Positions 1 through 8,963 of a stretch of DNA of 64,000 bases are shown here, one piece after another. The stretch covers positions 8,560 to 72,559 of the forward strand of contig JAKEFK010000374.1 of NCBI GenBank assembly GCA_022616075.1. The letters are read 5' to 3'. The position numbers and the translations under genes were made by a program. Origin of the DNA: a bacterium. Lineage in GTDB: Bacteria; Acidobacteriota; HRBIN11; JAKEFK01. Each line of letters starts with the position of its first letter. Position 1 is the stretch's first letter. The notes under the pieces were generated by a model. It saw nothing but the letters and a program-made list of their open reading frames with translations, did not search any database and was not told the origin of the DNA.

Positions 1-407
1 CCACTTTGATCCCGGATTTTTTCTCTATCAGGCTGGGAAGCAACGTGCAATACGTTTCATTATCTCCCACTTTCCATCCCATCGTTCCTGAGTCTCCCAT
101 GCATACGATCCGCAGTGTGTCAGAAGGCTTTTCGATTGTGAAAACTGGACCACGATAACCGAGCGAATTGAAACGAAAATCGGTCTTTCCATCGATATGA
201 CAGATAGCACCCGGTTGCGGCATCCAGCTCCAGGGGAGGTCAGGATCCTGCATCACACCTCCCCTCATCCAGAGTCTACCCGCGAGGTTGGAATATCTTG
301 CCTGAAACTTAACCCGCAAAAGTCTTAATAGACCTTCGGCTGAAAGGAACAAGAAAGAAACTATGATGAATGAGTAGATGATCTTTTTTGCTTTTGAGAA
401 TTCCATT
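1..407 (-). CDS. SGNH/GDSL-family hydrolase, N-terminal part; gene continues beyond window start
   Basis: Minus-strand ATG at 407-405 gives MEFSKAKKIIYSFIIVSFLFLSAEG... with a GDSGTMGW block (GDS(L) catalytic-serine motif). The frame is open to base 1. Not in the ORF track because it has no stop inside the window. Confidence 0.5.
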
Positions 408-506
408 TTCACTTAAACGTTTGTAGTAGCAACTTTAGTCACTATTTTATTAGCGAATAAATTGGTAACGTCCCAAAATTGTCGGCGATAGATCTGGTAA
501 GGGAGC

Positions 507-597
507 CCTCTCCCTTCCGCTGTGGAATAGGTATTCTGATTTGAAAAAGTAAGACAGCGGAAGGGAGAGGGGAGGGTGAGGGTAGGGTGAGGGTAGG
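507..597. repeat. Long hairpin (17-bp arms CCCTCTCCCTTCCGCTG / CAGCGGAAGGGAGAGGG) running into a G-tract run GGGGAGGGTGAGGGTAGGGTGAGGGTAGG (G-quadruplex-capable)
   Basis: Arms at 507-523 and 555-571 are reverse complements. At least five GGG tracts with 1-3 nt spacers lie in 561-597. Confidence 0.6.
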
Positions 598-895
598 TCG
601 AATGAGCATCTCCCGTTTCTCTAACCGCTGATTGATACTTGTTAATACACCTTCGATTGAATCTTTCAATTCCACATTCGTAAATCTCAAAATAGTAAAA
701 ATCATCAATGTAATTGTCTATACTGGTCTGCCTTTTAAACCTATATCCTCCCAGGCGTCGAGATCGTAATTTCGCCCAAAGTATTTTTCGCGCCAGTTTC
801 AGTGACCTTCTTCTGTTCTTTTGAGGTGGATCATTTGAAGCGACCATTTCAATCAAATGAAAGTCTCAGTTACCCACACTTTTCGGACGAACGCG

Positions 896-3061
896 CTAAT
901 TAATGTAACCGAGCGCTTTCAGCTGCTCCCGCAGTTCATCACTTTCTTTTTTGTCCTGAGCACCTTTTACCAGCTCCGTGGGCGTGACCGATTTCTGGAT
1001 ATACGCAGAAAGGAGAGCTTTCATTGATTGCATGGTTCTGGGTGCGGTCGCACTCAGGTCGTTCTTTTCCTCGGGATCCTTACGTAAATCGTAAAAAGAT
1101 TGCTGCCCTTTCTGTTTATCGAACACCATCTTAAATTCGTTGCTTTGAATTCCCCATTTGGCTTCATTACCGTAAGTTAGTTCGTAATAGATCGTGCGTC
1201 GCGACCGCTTTGCGCTGCCGGGTGGCTCCAACAAACTGATGCCATCAATCGGATTCCTAATTTCAGCGCCCATGAGAGCCGCTAAAGTGGGATAGATATC
1301 AACGAGGGAAACGAGGTCCGTTCGTTCTTCCTGCTTCTTACCCGGAAGACTTAAAATCAAGGGAACTGAGATTTCCTCTTTGTGAAGAGTTTTCCCGTGG
1401 CCGAAAGTATTATCCCGGTCAAAAAACATTTCTCCATGATCTCCGAAAATCAGGATCACTGTATTTTTGTCAAGGCCTAGTTGTTTCAATTTCCTCATCA
1501 ATAGGCCAAAATTCTGATCGTAGAAATAGACTTCGGCATTGTAACACTGTCGAACGAATTCTTTTTGTTGCTCGGTTGGTATAAGCTTGCCGCCCACCAC
1601 TTTGTCGAGCCATTCCATAGTTATATGCGGAGGCTGATCCAGAGCAGGCTTTGGAAACAGTTTTCTGAAGACATCTGCAGGAGGATGAAAAGGTTCATGG
1701 ACGGTATAGGAATGTAAAAACAGGAAAAACGGACGATTCGAGTTGGTCCCGATCCATTGTTGCGCATTATCCAGTGTTGCAACACGATTATGCGACTTTT
1801 CAGGATTCTCAAGGTATTCTTGAAATCCCTGTTCAAAGCCATAAAAGCCGGATACGAATCCGCCATCTGTGATACCCGCGGTGTAATACCCTGCTTGATG
1901 GGCAACTTCAGCGATTGTATTCAGTTCGCGTGGAATCAGTTTGGTTCTCACAATCTGATATGTGGGTCTGGACACCTGGTGCGAGGCAACATAGAGGCCA
2001 GTCATCACCGAAGTATGGGAGGAAAGCGTACTTGGGAAAGTACAGTATGCATTTCTGTAAACAATCGACTGTTTCGCGAAAGCGGCAAGATTGGGAGCAA
2101 AACCCGAAAACACGCGGTCAGCGCGAAGTGTGTCAATCGATATCAGAATGATATTCGGTTTGTTTGTCATCGAAGCAACATCGTAGATTTCTGGAGAACT
2201 CCAGGCGATGTAGGAATCCAGGTTACTGGATGGAGATTCAGACTTTAATTCCAATCTCACTTGTTTGCCGGCAAAATCGCTCAGATCTACTGATTCATCT
2301 TTCCATTTCGCATCTTTCGGAGAAGAATGCATGGTCCTTCGGAGTAATTCCTTTGAACCCCACTTGGTGTGGATGATGACGCTGTATACGAATTGAGTCT
2401 GTTGAGGAGTCTCCTTTTTTCTCGAAGGCACTCCAATACCAAAGAAGAGCCGCGGTTTTTGCGCAGGAAGCGTAACCTGAAAGATTATGTTCGAAGCCGC
2501 GCGGATAGCGAGTGAAGAACGAGTATCTTTGAAAAGCGTGGAGCGACCCCATAGATAGGATGACGTTTGAAGATCGCGGAAATCGGCATAAGGAGAAGCT
2601 GCGGCAGGATCTGCGCCGTCAAATTGAAATATCAGCTGCTTGACAGTCGGCTTGCTTAAATCCCTGGAGGAAAATCTTAACTGATACTGTTTCCATTCCG
2701 GAGTCAACCGGAAAACTGCAATTTGTTTGTTTTGTACGGTGATTTTTAAATTCCGGTCGACAGCAGAACGAGCTTGAAACTTCAGCCGGAATCCCTGTAT
2801 TTTCCTTTGTGCTTCAGGAAAAAGGAAGATCGCCCGTCTATCGGATGCAGAAATAAAATTCGTGCCAGTCGTCCAGCCTTCTCCTTGAAAATCTTGAAAT
2901 CCTGAAGATGTGATCGGCACATCGGACTTGATTTCTGTTGATGGATCCTCCAATAATTCGTGAAGGCGAATCAGTGGTGGACCTGTTCGCTTTTCTTCCT
3001 TCCGGCAACCGAGGAAACTAAAGATGCAAATAAGAACAATTACGAACAGTTTGCGAATCAT
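896..3061 (-). CDS. Lipoprotein, alkaline-phosphatase-superfamily sulfatase-like hydrolase/transferase (N-terminal unknown domain plus C-terminal sulfatase-like domain)
   Basis: Signal plus lipobox (FSFLGC). NIILISIDTLRADR metal-binding block and DHGEMF block. Lacks a clean C-x-P-x-R formylglycine motif (CTFPSTLSSHTS). Confidence 0.7.
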   Translation of the reverse strand: MIRKLFVIVLICIFSFLGCRKEEKRTGPPLIRLHELLEDPSTEIKSDVPITSSGFQDFQGEGWTTGTNFISASDRRAIFLFPEAQRKIQGFRLKFQARSAVDRNLKITVQNKQIAVFRLTPEWKQYQLRFSSRDLSKPTVKQLIFQFDGADPAAASPYADFRDLQTSSYLWGRSTLFKDTRSSLAIRAASNIIFQVTLPAQKPRLFFGIGVPSRKKETPQQTQFVYSVIIHTKWGSKELLRRTMHSSPKDAKWKDESVDLSDFAGKQVRLELKSESPSSNLDSYIAWSSPEIYDVASMTNKPNIILISIDTLRADRVFSGFAPNLAAFAKQSIVYRNAYCTFPSTLSSHTSVMTGLYVASHQVSRPTYQIVRTKLIPRELNTIAEVAHQAGYYTAGITDGGFVSGFYGFEQGFQEYLENPEKSHNRVATLDNAQQWIGTNSNRPFFLFLHSYTVHEPFHPPADVFRKLFPKPALDQPPHITMEWLDKVVGGKLIPTEQQKEFVRQCYNAEVYFYDQNFGLLMRKLKQLGLDKNTVILIFGDHGEMFFDRDNTFGHGKTLHKEEISVPLILSLPGKKQEERTDLVSLVDIYPTLAALMGAEIRNPIDGISLLEPPGSAKRSRRTIYYELTYGNEAKWGIQSNEFKMVFDKQKGQQSFYDLRKDPEEKNDLSATAPRTMQSMKALLSAYIQKSVTPTELVKGAQDKKESDELREQLKALGYIN

Positions 3062-4683
3062 TCGGAAATGTAACCCAGAGTTTTTAGTTGTTCTATGATT
3101 TCCCGGTCGGCCCCCGTACCGATAGAATCGAAATCCCTGTTTTCATTGTTCGGGCCATAACTCGCGATCTTCTTAGACTCTCGCCGCGGGAATGCCGAGC
3201 TGTATAGTTCTAACGGCACCTTGCCCGCCATGTCGGATGCTACCGGTAATCCATAACGATTTAGAACCAACGGGCAGACGTCATAAATAGAAAATCCATT
3301 TTGTTCGTGATTCTGTTTAAACTCCCGGCCGCTGAAAACATAAATTCCCTCGCGTTCATGATACGCAACCGCTCGTTCGTTCCCCGTATGTCCTTTTATG
3401 TGCGTCTTAAATCCGTGATCGCTGATAACCAGGGCTGTAACATCAGGAGGCGCGATCTCCAGAAAGCGACCGATCTGTTCATCCACGTAAACATAATAAT
3501 TCTCCACAATATTATGGAAATCCTTAACTTCTTCCGGATCAATCGGAGGCCAGGATTCTTCAGGCTTCATATGAAACCAGTACGAATGCTGAGAGAAATC
3601 AATGCCACGCAAATAAAGAAAAAACACATCCGGTTGGAAAGATGAATACAAGTCGAGACCTGCCTCTACGTATGCGGAATCTTGAAGATAGACCGGAAAA
3701 AGACGACGATTTAGAATCCGGTGTTTACGATACGCCATCGTGTGAGGATTGAGTTTTTCGAATTGCGGATCCAAAGGAAAGGAAGTAAATCGCTTGCATT
3801 CGGCTACGTATTTTTGCTTTCGGCTCTCGAAAACCGATTCGAAATAGGATTGGACCTCGGGAGGATAAATCGAAAGCATCCTTTCTCGATCAGACATCTT
3901 GGAGTGGATCGCCCGATCAGAAATCATGAATCCATTCACCGACTCAACAGGCCAGGTTACGAACCATCCAATCACACCGATTGTCAGCGAAGATTTTTCG
4001 GAAAGGATATTCCAGATGCGTTTGGTCCGGATCTGACCGGAATGAACGGGACGTTTCTTTTTATCCAGAAAGTCCAGAATTCCATGCTGTTGCGGGGATT
4101 GGCCTGTCGCAATCGAAGTCCAGACAACCGGGGAAAGCGTCCTGGGGATGGAAATCAATTCTCCATAACTTCCGTTCCGCATCAGTTTTTGAATATGAGG
4201 AAGACGGTTCTCCTTGACCAGTTTCTTCATTACACGCCACGTAGCCCCATCCAGCGCAAAGACCAAAGTTTTTGGATGCTCACGCCCTTCTGAAAAACGA
4301 AGATAATCAATCACCAGGTCCGGTTGTGAAAATTGAAAGCGTAGCCAGGCCTGCGCGGCCAATTCGTTTGAAGAGTGACTCCAACGATGCCTGAAACGTC
4401 CCCCTTTTACCGGAATATCTACATTTTTCCCGGCCGACAAAATACGGACGGTGCTTCCTTTAGAATAGGTTCCTTCTAACTCAATTGTCAGTTTTGAACC
4501 GGGATGCCTGAGTACGACGCACGTCGCATCCCCACGAACATTCAATTTCGCAGGAAGATTCTGGATCCGTCCCTGTGTCGAAAATGCGCCGATCCAGAAT
4601 CCTTCGACACCGGATTTCTGAGAGGCACGACAACCAGTAAACAGAAACAATGCGAGCAATGCTGCGGAAAAAACACGCGTCAT
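3058..4683 (-). CDS. Lipoprotein, type I phosphodiesterase/nucleotide pyrophosphatase-like (AlkP superfamily)
   Basis: Lipobox LFTGC. LVFALDGATW and ISDHGF blocks typical of NPP/AlkP core. 4-nt overlap with the upstream gene suggests an operon. Confidence 0.7.
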   Translation of the reverse strand: MTRVFSAALLALFLFTGCRASQKSGVEGFWIGAFSTQGRIQNLPAKLNVRGDATCVVLRHPGSKLTIELEGTYSKGSTVRILSAGKNVDIPVKGGRFRHRWSHSSNELAAQAWLRFQFSQPDLVIDYLRFSEGREHPKTLVFALDGATWRVMKKLVKENRLPHIQKLMRNGSYGELISIPRTLSPVVWTSIATGQSPQQHGILDFLDKKKRPVHSGQIRTKRIWNILSEKSSLTIGVIGWFVTWPVESVNGFMISDRAIHSKMSDRERMLSIYPPEVQSYFESVFESRKQKYVAECKRFTSFPLDPQFEKLNPHTMAYRKHRILNRRLFPVYLQDSAYVEAGLDLYSSFQPDVFFLYLRGIDFSQHSYWFHMKPEESWPPIDPEEVKDFHNIVENYYVYVDEQIGRFLEIAPPDVTALVISDHGFKTHIKGHTGNERAVAYHEREGIYVFSGREFKQNHEQNGFSIYDVCPLVLNRYGLPVASDMAGKVPLELYSSAFPRRESKKIASYGPNNENRDFDSIGTGADREIIEQLKTLGYISE

Positions 4684-4737
4684 GGAGAAGCGATTCTAAT
4701 CAGAATAATCCTTCAAAGCAAGCCAAACTAGTGTCCT

Positions 4738-4882
4738 GTAACATATGAATGTTTACTGACTTCTCCCCCTTATTAAGGGGAAGATTGGGAGGGGGTTGGG
4801 AGGGGGTCGTTTTTCATATCGAGAGAAGAGAAGACAACCCCCCTCTAACTCCCCCTTCATAAGGGGGGAGAATCACTGAGAA
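4738..4882. repeat. Dispersed structured repeat, family E copy 1 (CCCCTTATTAAGGGG hairpin; GGGAGGGGGTTGGGAGGGGG; CCCCCTTCATAAGGGGGG hairpin)
   Basis: Shares the two short hairpins (stems CCCC/GGGG with loops TTATTAA and TTCATAA) and a G-rich core with the copy at 46137-46236. Confidence 0.6.
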
Positions 4883-4903
4883 CCTTGTGTTACACGGCAC
4901 TAG

Positions 4904-6979
4904 TTACTGGATGCGAAATCTCAGGAATTGGAGGCCGACAGGATCAGAATTTTCGAATCGAAGTGTAAGCAGGCGATGAGAGTCCTTAACTTGAGACCCG
5001 TTAATCGTGGCACGAATGGTTTTACGGTCACCCTCCAGGCGCGCCTCTCGAATCAGCGTTTCATCCGCCAGCAACTTCAGATGAATCACACGTGATTCTG
5101 TCAACAAACGCAACTCAACATCCAGATTTTGCTTTTCCGAAACGGCAGGTAGCAAAAGACGTGCTTCACTTTTTTTACAGACAAACAGCCTTTTTTCTTT
5201 CACGTCGTCCGGTTCCCAGTTTTCATACAAAAACAAAGAGAGAGCATCATCACGTCCTCGAAGCTCATAAACGGACGCCGTTAGCCTGGGTAACTCGTAG
5301 ACGAGGATTTCTTGTCCTCTATTTAGAAGTTGCGCGTCAGGAAAAAGCCGCAAAAGCAAAGTTTCATAGCCATTGGACTTACTGTATGGTGGAAACAGAG
5401 CAACATAACGCAAGTCGAAAAGGCTTCGGAATACGGGAGCGATTTCGCTATCTCGTTTCAAAAGAGAGTCCGTCACGATTCGATCCAGTGTGATCCGTCT
5501 GAAGATGCGCGCCACGGGAATCTCCGAGAAAAATCTGGTCTGTTGAAAAGGAACTCGTGAAACCCGTCCGTTGAACAGCTTTTGCCGGTGAATGATTTGG
5601 TACGCGACCTCCTTGGAAGCCATGCCATCAAAACGGTATGGAAGTGTTAAGAGAGAGGAACCAGGATTTTGTCCTATCGTATGAAAAACATGCGAATTTG
5701 TCAGAGGAAGCGTGTATACAGGTATAGGGGACAATTCAACGACTAACAGGAGAAATAAAACACCAATCAGAATCTTCGCTACACGGGAATTGTTCCTGAG
5801 CGCAACAAGAACTGTATAAGCGGCTAAGATCGCAATACAAAACGTGACGATGATACTGAATCGCGTGGGCACGCGTACATGGTTGATCAGGGGTATTTTC
5901 ATAAGCAACGAGTAGGGAAGAATGAATTCGAAAGAACCCAATCCCACTATAGGACCAAGTGACAGCAGCATAAAGAAAATGCCTACACCCGCAATCAACA
6001 AAAGCAGTTTCTGTCTTTGTCGAATAGCGAGAATGAATCCAATGGATCCAGTAATCAACGCCACTAACCCGGCCGACAACCTGGTATACCTGTCTCTCAC
6101 CACTTCCCTTGGCAAATGTTTTGCGATCCATGGATTCATCACTCCGATATTTACATAATCGTCAAGGCTAACCGCAGTTTTTCTGGCCAGATCTTCCGCA
6201 TCCATGGATCGGAGAATGCCTGCCTGCTGGTCCTTGTAAAAGCGAATTAAAATCGGTGTTAAACAAATAATACCGATGACGGCAGCCAATAAAACATTGC
6301 GCAGCAAAGTGATTTTCCTCCATTCGGGTAGAAACAACATGCCTGCCAGCAACAATATTCCAAGAATCAAAATCAGATATACGCTGTAGTACTGATTTGA
6401 ATAATGGGCCAACGCAAAGAAGAACCCGAGCGCAGCAGCATAACGGAGCCTGGCTGTATCTACTAGCCGAAAAAAGCTCCAAAGCCCGAGTGGAATCCAT
6501 TGAGTGATGGCGAAATTCACATGGCCTCCCATCCGAACCATACGGAATGGGCAAAACGCGAATGCGATCGCGGCAAAAAGGGCCGCAACAGAACTTTTTG
6601 TCAAGTCCCGCACTAACAACCATGTGCCAAAGGCCGTAAGAAACGTAGAGAGCAAAATCGCAAGATTGGTCTGTGCAATATCGTTGAAAAAAGGAGAGAA
6701 TAGCAAGCCGGTTACACTGTTAAACTCCGTATAAGAGTGGAGTGCGAGGCTGGTTCCTATGGGAAAGAAGATAGAATCCGTGTAGTAGGGATCTTCGCCT
6801 CCCAAAATCTGTTGCCGGAACACGAAATTATTCCAGGGAAATTGCCATGCATCCATACCGCTGCCGATTAAGCGATCAGATAAGTGAAATGGGGCCGGAT
6901 AACTAAACAGAATTGTTAACAGTAGAAGCGAGAGTGCAGCGAAAGTGGGATTCTCTAAAGAAAATTTACGTTTCACCAT
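4904..6979 (-). CDS. Large polytopic membrane protein with C-terminal soluble domain (GT-C/YfhO-like glycosyltransferase candidate)
   Basis: 691 aa. About 12 hydrophobic segments in the N-terminal 420 aa, then a soluble C-terminal region. No diagnostic catalytic motif recognised. Confidence 0.55.
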   Translation of the reverse strand: MVKRKFSLENPTFAALSLLLLTILFSYPAPFHLSDRLIGSGMDAWQFPWNNFVFRQQILGGEDPYYTDSIFFPIGTSLALHSYTEFNSVTGLLFSPFFNDIAQTNLAILLSTFLTAFGTWLLVRDLTKSSVAALFAAIAFAFCPFRMVRMGGHVNFAITQWIPLGLWSFFRLVDTARLRYAAALGFFFALAHYSNQYYSVYLILILGILLLAGMLFLPEWRKITLLRNVLLAAVIGIICLTPILIRFYKDQQAGILRSMDAEDLARKTAVSLDDYVNIGVMNPWIAKHLPREVVRDRYTRLSAGLVALITGSIGFILAIRQRQKLLLLIAGVGIFFMLLSLGPIVGLGSFEFILPYSLLMKIPLINHVRVPTRFSIIVTFCIAILAAYTVLVALRNNSRVAKILIGVLFLLLVVELSPIPVYTLPLTNSHVFHTIGQNPGSSLLTLPYRFDGMASKEVAYQIIHRQKLFNGRVSRVPFQQTRFFSEIPVARIFRRITLDRIVTDSLLKRDSEIAPVFRSLFDLRYVALFPPYSKSNGYETLLLRLFPDAQLLNRGQEILVYELPRLTASVYELRGRDDALSLFLYENWEPDDVKEKRLFVCKKSEARLLLPAVSEKQNLDVELRLLTESRVIHLKLLADETLIREARLEGDRKTIRATINGSQVKDSHRLLTLRFENSDPVGLQFLRFRIQ

Positions 6980-6991
6980 CGCGGCATTTGA

Positions 6992-7456
6992 CTATTTCAA
7001 GAGTGAAACAACGCGAAGAATGAACTTGCCTTTCGTCGTGATGATTGCTCCACCAGGTCCTCGCTCAAGAAAACCTCCGAGAAAGAGATCCTCCAATCGC
7101 TGAGCTGCCCCATAGTGAGATTCGTACTCTTGCAGCAAATCACTTTCTGAGACTATCCGCCTGCGCAAAAAAGAGAGAATTCGCAACAGAATCGAGCTTT
7201 CCATATGACTTCTCACTCCAAACGATGTCAGAAATGCTCCTGTCCAGAAGATCAGAAGCGTGTCCCACACCGGACGTCCCGTCGCAAAAAAATAAACCAG
7301 CAACAAACCCGCTACCACCATGTGCACCAGTAGAACTCCGGCTAGTCCTGTTTGGAGCTTTCTACCCTTTAGCGCAACTTCACTCAGGAAAACAGCGGTA
7401 GCGAATCCTGCAAGAATCATGACAGCGACACCCATTACTTGATTCTCAGAATCCAA
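6992..7456 (-). CDS. Small membrane protein (3 TM plus about 60-aa C-terminal soluble tail)
   Basis: Hydrophobic N-terminal two thirds. Paralogous architecture to the adjacent 7435-7926 gene. 22-nt overlap with it. Confidence 0.5.
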   Translation of the reverse strand: MDSENQVMGVAVMILAGFATAVFLSEVALKGRKLQTGLAGVLLVHMVVAGLLLVYFFATGRPVWDTLLIFWTGAFLTSFGVRSHMESSILLRILSFLRRRIVSESDLLQEYESHYGAAQRLEDLFLGGFLERGPGGAIITTKGKFILRVVSLLK

Positions 7457-7926
7457 TAGGACACAACAACGAGGGCCGCGACAAAAGAGCCGAATGCGGT
7501 AAGCTGGTATCCATCATTTGTCACAGATATGAGCCCGAATTGTCTTGCATCTTTCAGACGGCTCGCGATTTCTTTGCTTGCTGTTTCCGTTTGATGATTC
7601 ACCGCATAATTGGCGAGCATCTGAAGGCTAACGCTTCGCTTTAACATAATACGCACAATGGTGAGACCAAACCAGTAAAAGAGAAGGCCAACCGTGGTAA
7701 GGGTCCATTCCTCGATTGAACCTGCAGTCAGAGTTCGACCTGTCCAAACCACAAAACCCGCCAGGATGGCTGCGGAAAACAAATGAAAGAGGATCACTCG
7801 CGAACGTATCAGATAAAATAACAAGGTTAGACTTAAAAATGTCGCTATCGCCATAAGCAGACAAGAGTTTTTTTTGACATGAATTAAACCATAAAAGGAT
7901 TCTCTACCAAAGACTAAAACATTCAA
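7435..7926 (-). CDS. Small membrane protein, paralog of 6992-7456 (start may be the internal Met at about 7854)
   Basis: Three TM segments, then a C-terminal tail (…GLISVTNDGYQLTAFGS…) resembling the partner's (…GGAIITTKGKFIL…). Confidence 0.5.
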   Translation of the reverse strand: MNVLVFGRESFYGLIHVKKNSCLLMAIATFLSLTLLFYLIRSRVILFHLFSAAILAGFVVWTGRTLTAGSIEEWTLTTVGLLFYWFGLTIVRIMLKRSVSLQMLANYAVNHQTETASKEIASRLKDARQFGLISVTNDGYQLTAFGSFVAALVVVSYWILRIK

Positions 7927-7936
7927 GCAGAATTGT

Positions 7937-8671
7937 ATGGAGTGGTTCTTTCTTATCCTGGTCGCAGCGATATTGCTTTTGTTTTTGCACTCAAAGTTGG
8001 TCGGTAAAATAGAGTCTGACTCAAAAGAAGAGGAGCCTGATCCAAATTTCGAAGAAATCTTTCACTACATAGACACGAGCTTGAAAGGGTATCCCGATCG
8101 ATTTAAGTTCACGGATAGTTATGGGATCCGGACCTGGACCTGTCATTCCCGCTTGTTTGATTTCCAGGTCTATTTGAAGAAGGAAACTCTACATTATCAG
8201 TTTCAGATTGCCTTTTGGGTTCAATTGCCTTTCGAATTCAAAATCCAGCGCTCTTTCAAACGACAGGACTTAAAGCTTGCGCAGTCTTCCGGCAAGGACA
8301 CCAGGGGATTGCTCGAGCAAAAAGAGATTCCAGCGCTGATTCAAAAACTTCAATTTTACGATTCACTGAAAATTTCATCCGGCGCGGTCGTTGGAATAAA
8401 AACGTTCCGAAAGCTTGAGGATTTGGAAGAGTGGCCAAAAACACTAGGAGCATCGATTACGTTTCTTCGCTTTCTTTTGAGCTATCAGGACCGGAAGGAG
8501 TCCAGCGAAAAAGGACTTGCGGTATGTCCGTACTGCAGAAATCCGGTGCTTGAAGATGAAAAAGCGGTATCTTGTCGCGAATGCCGGACCATTCATCATT
8601 CCGAGTGTTGGAATGAAACCGACCGTTGTTCGGTTTTCGGATGCGGTAACAAGTCCGAAATCGAGCTGTAG
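7937..8671 (+). CDS. Membrane-anchored protein with C-terminal Cys/His zinc-finger (RING/PHD-like, C2-C2-H-C-C2 ligand pattern)
   Basis: N-terminal TM (FFLILVAAILLLFLH). C-terminus CPYC-x12-CRECRTIHHSEC-x6-C-x4-C. Confidence 0.6.
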   Translation: MEWFFLILVAAILLLFLHSKLVGKIESDSKEEEPDPNFEEIFHYIDTSLKGYPDRFKFTDSYGIRTWTCHSRLFDFQVYLKKETLHYQFQIAFWVQLPFEFKIQRSFKRQDLKLAQSSGKDTRGLLEQKEIPALIQKLQFYDSLKISSGAVVGIKTFRKLEDLEEWPKTLGASITFLRFLLSYQDRKESSEKGLAVCPYCRNPVLEDEKAVSCRECRTIHHSECWNETDRCSVFGCGNKSEIEL

Positions 8672-8770
8672 AGAAGATTTTATCAGCGACCGCAGAGGCG
8701 CCGAGTCGCAGAGAAAGGGATCGTTTATTGACTTCTGAAGCTTTGTATTTTGGACGAAGTTGTCAAACAG

Positions 8771-8852
8771 TTTGTAACGCCGGCGAGACTGTCCGAAAAG
8801 TCAGCTGATAGAGGTATGCAAGGTCTAGCCGGCTAGAAGCCGGCGTTACAAA
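8771..8852. repeat. Inverted-repeat element family B (TTTGTAACGCCGGC … GCCGGCGTTACAAA)
   Basis: 14-bp terminal inverted repeats flank a roughly 50-bp spacer. Related copies at 21708-21784 and 39609-39638. Confidence 0.6.
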
Positions 8853-8963
8853 CGGCACAAACACTCTTCAAATCTACAATTCTCCAATTTCAATCTGAAA
8901 TCTAACATCTGAAATCTTAAATTTGGTTGCGGCCACAGGCCGCGCTGCCTCTCTGCGGTGAGG

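Noticed and set aside
413-856. 147-aa and 88-aa minus-strand ORFs
   Set aside because: They span the hairpin and G-tract repeat and are low-complexity (PSPSPLPS, RRRS). No Shine-Dalgarno or plausible domain. Treated as non-coding intergenic structure.
1757-2248. Antisense ORFs inside large genes (others include 3721-4293, 24076-24588 and 55344-55799)
   Set aside because: They are shadow ORFs entirely within well-supported genes on the opposite strand, with no independent motif support.
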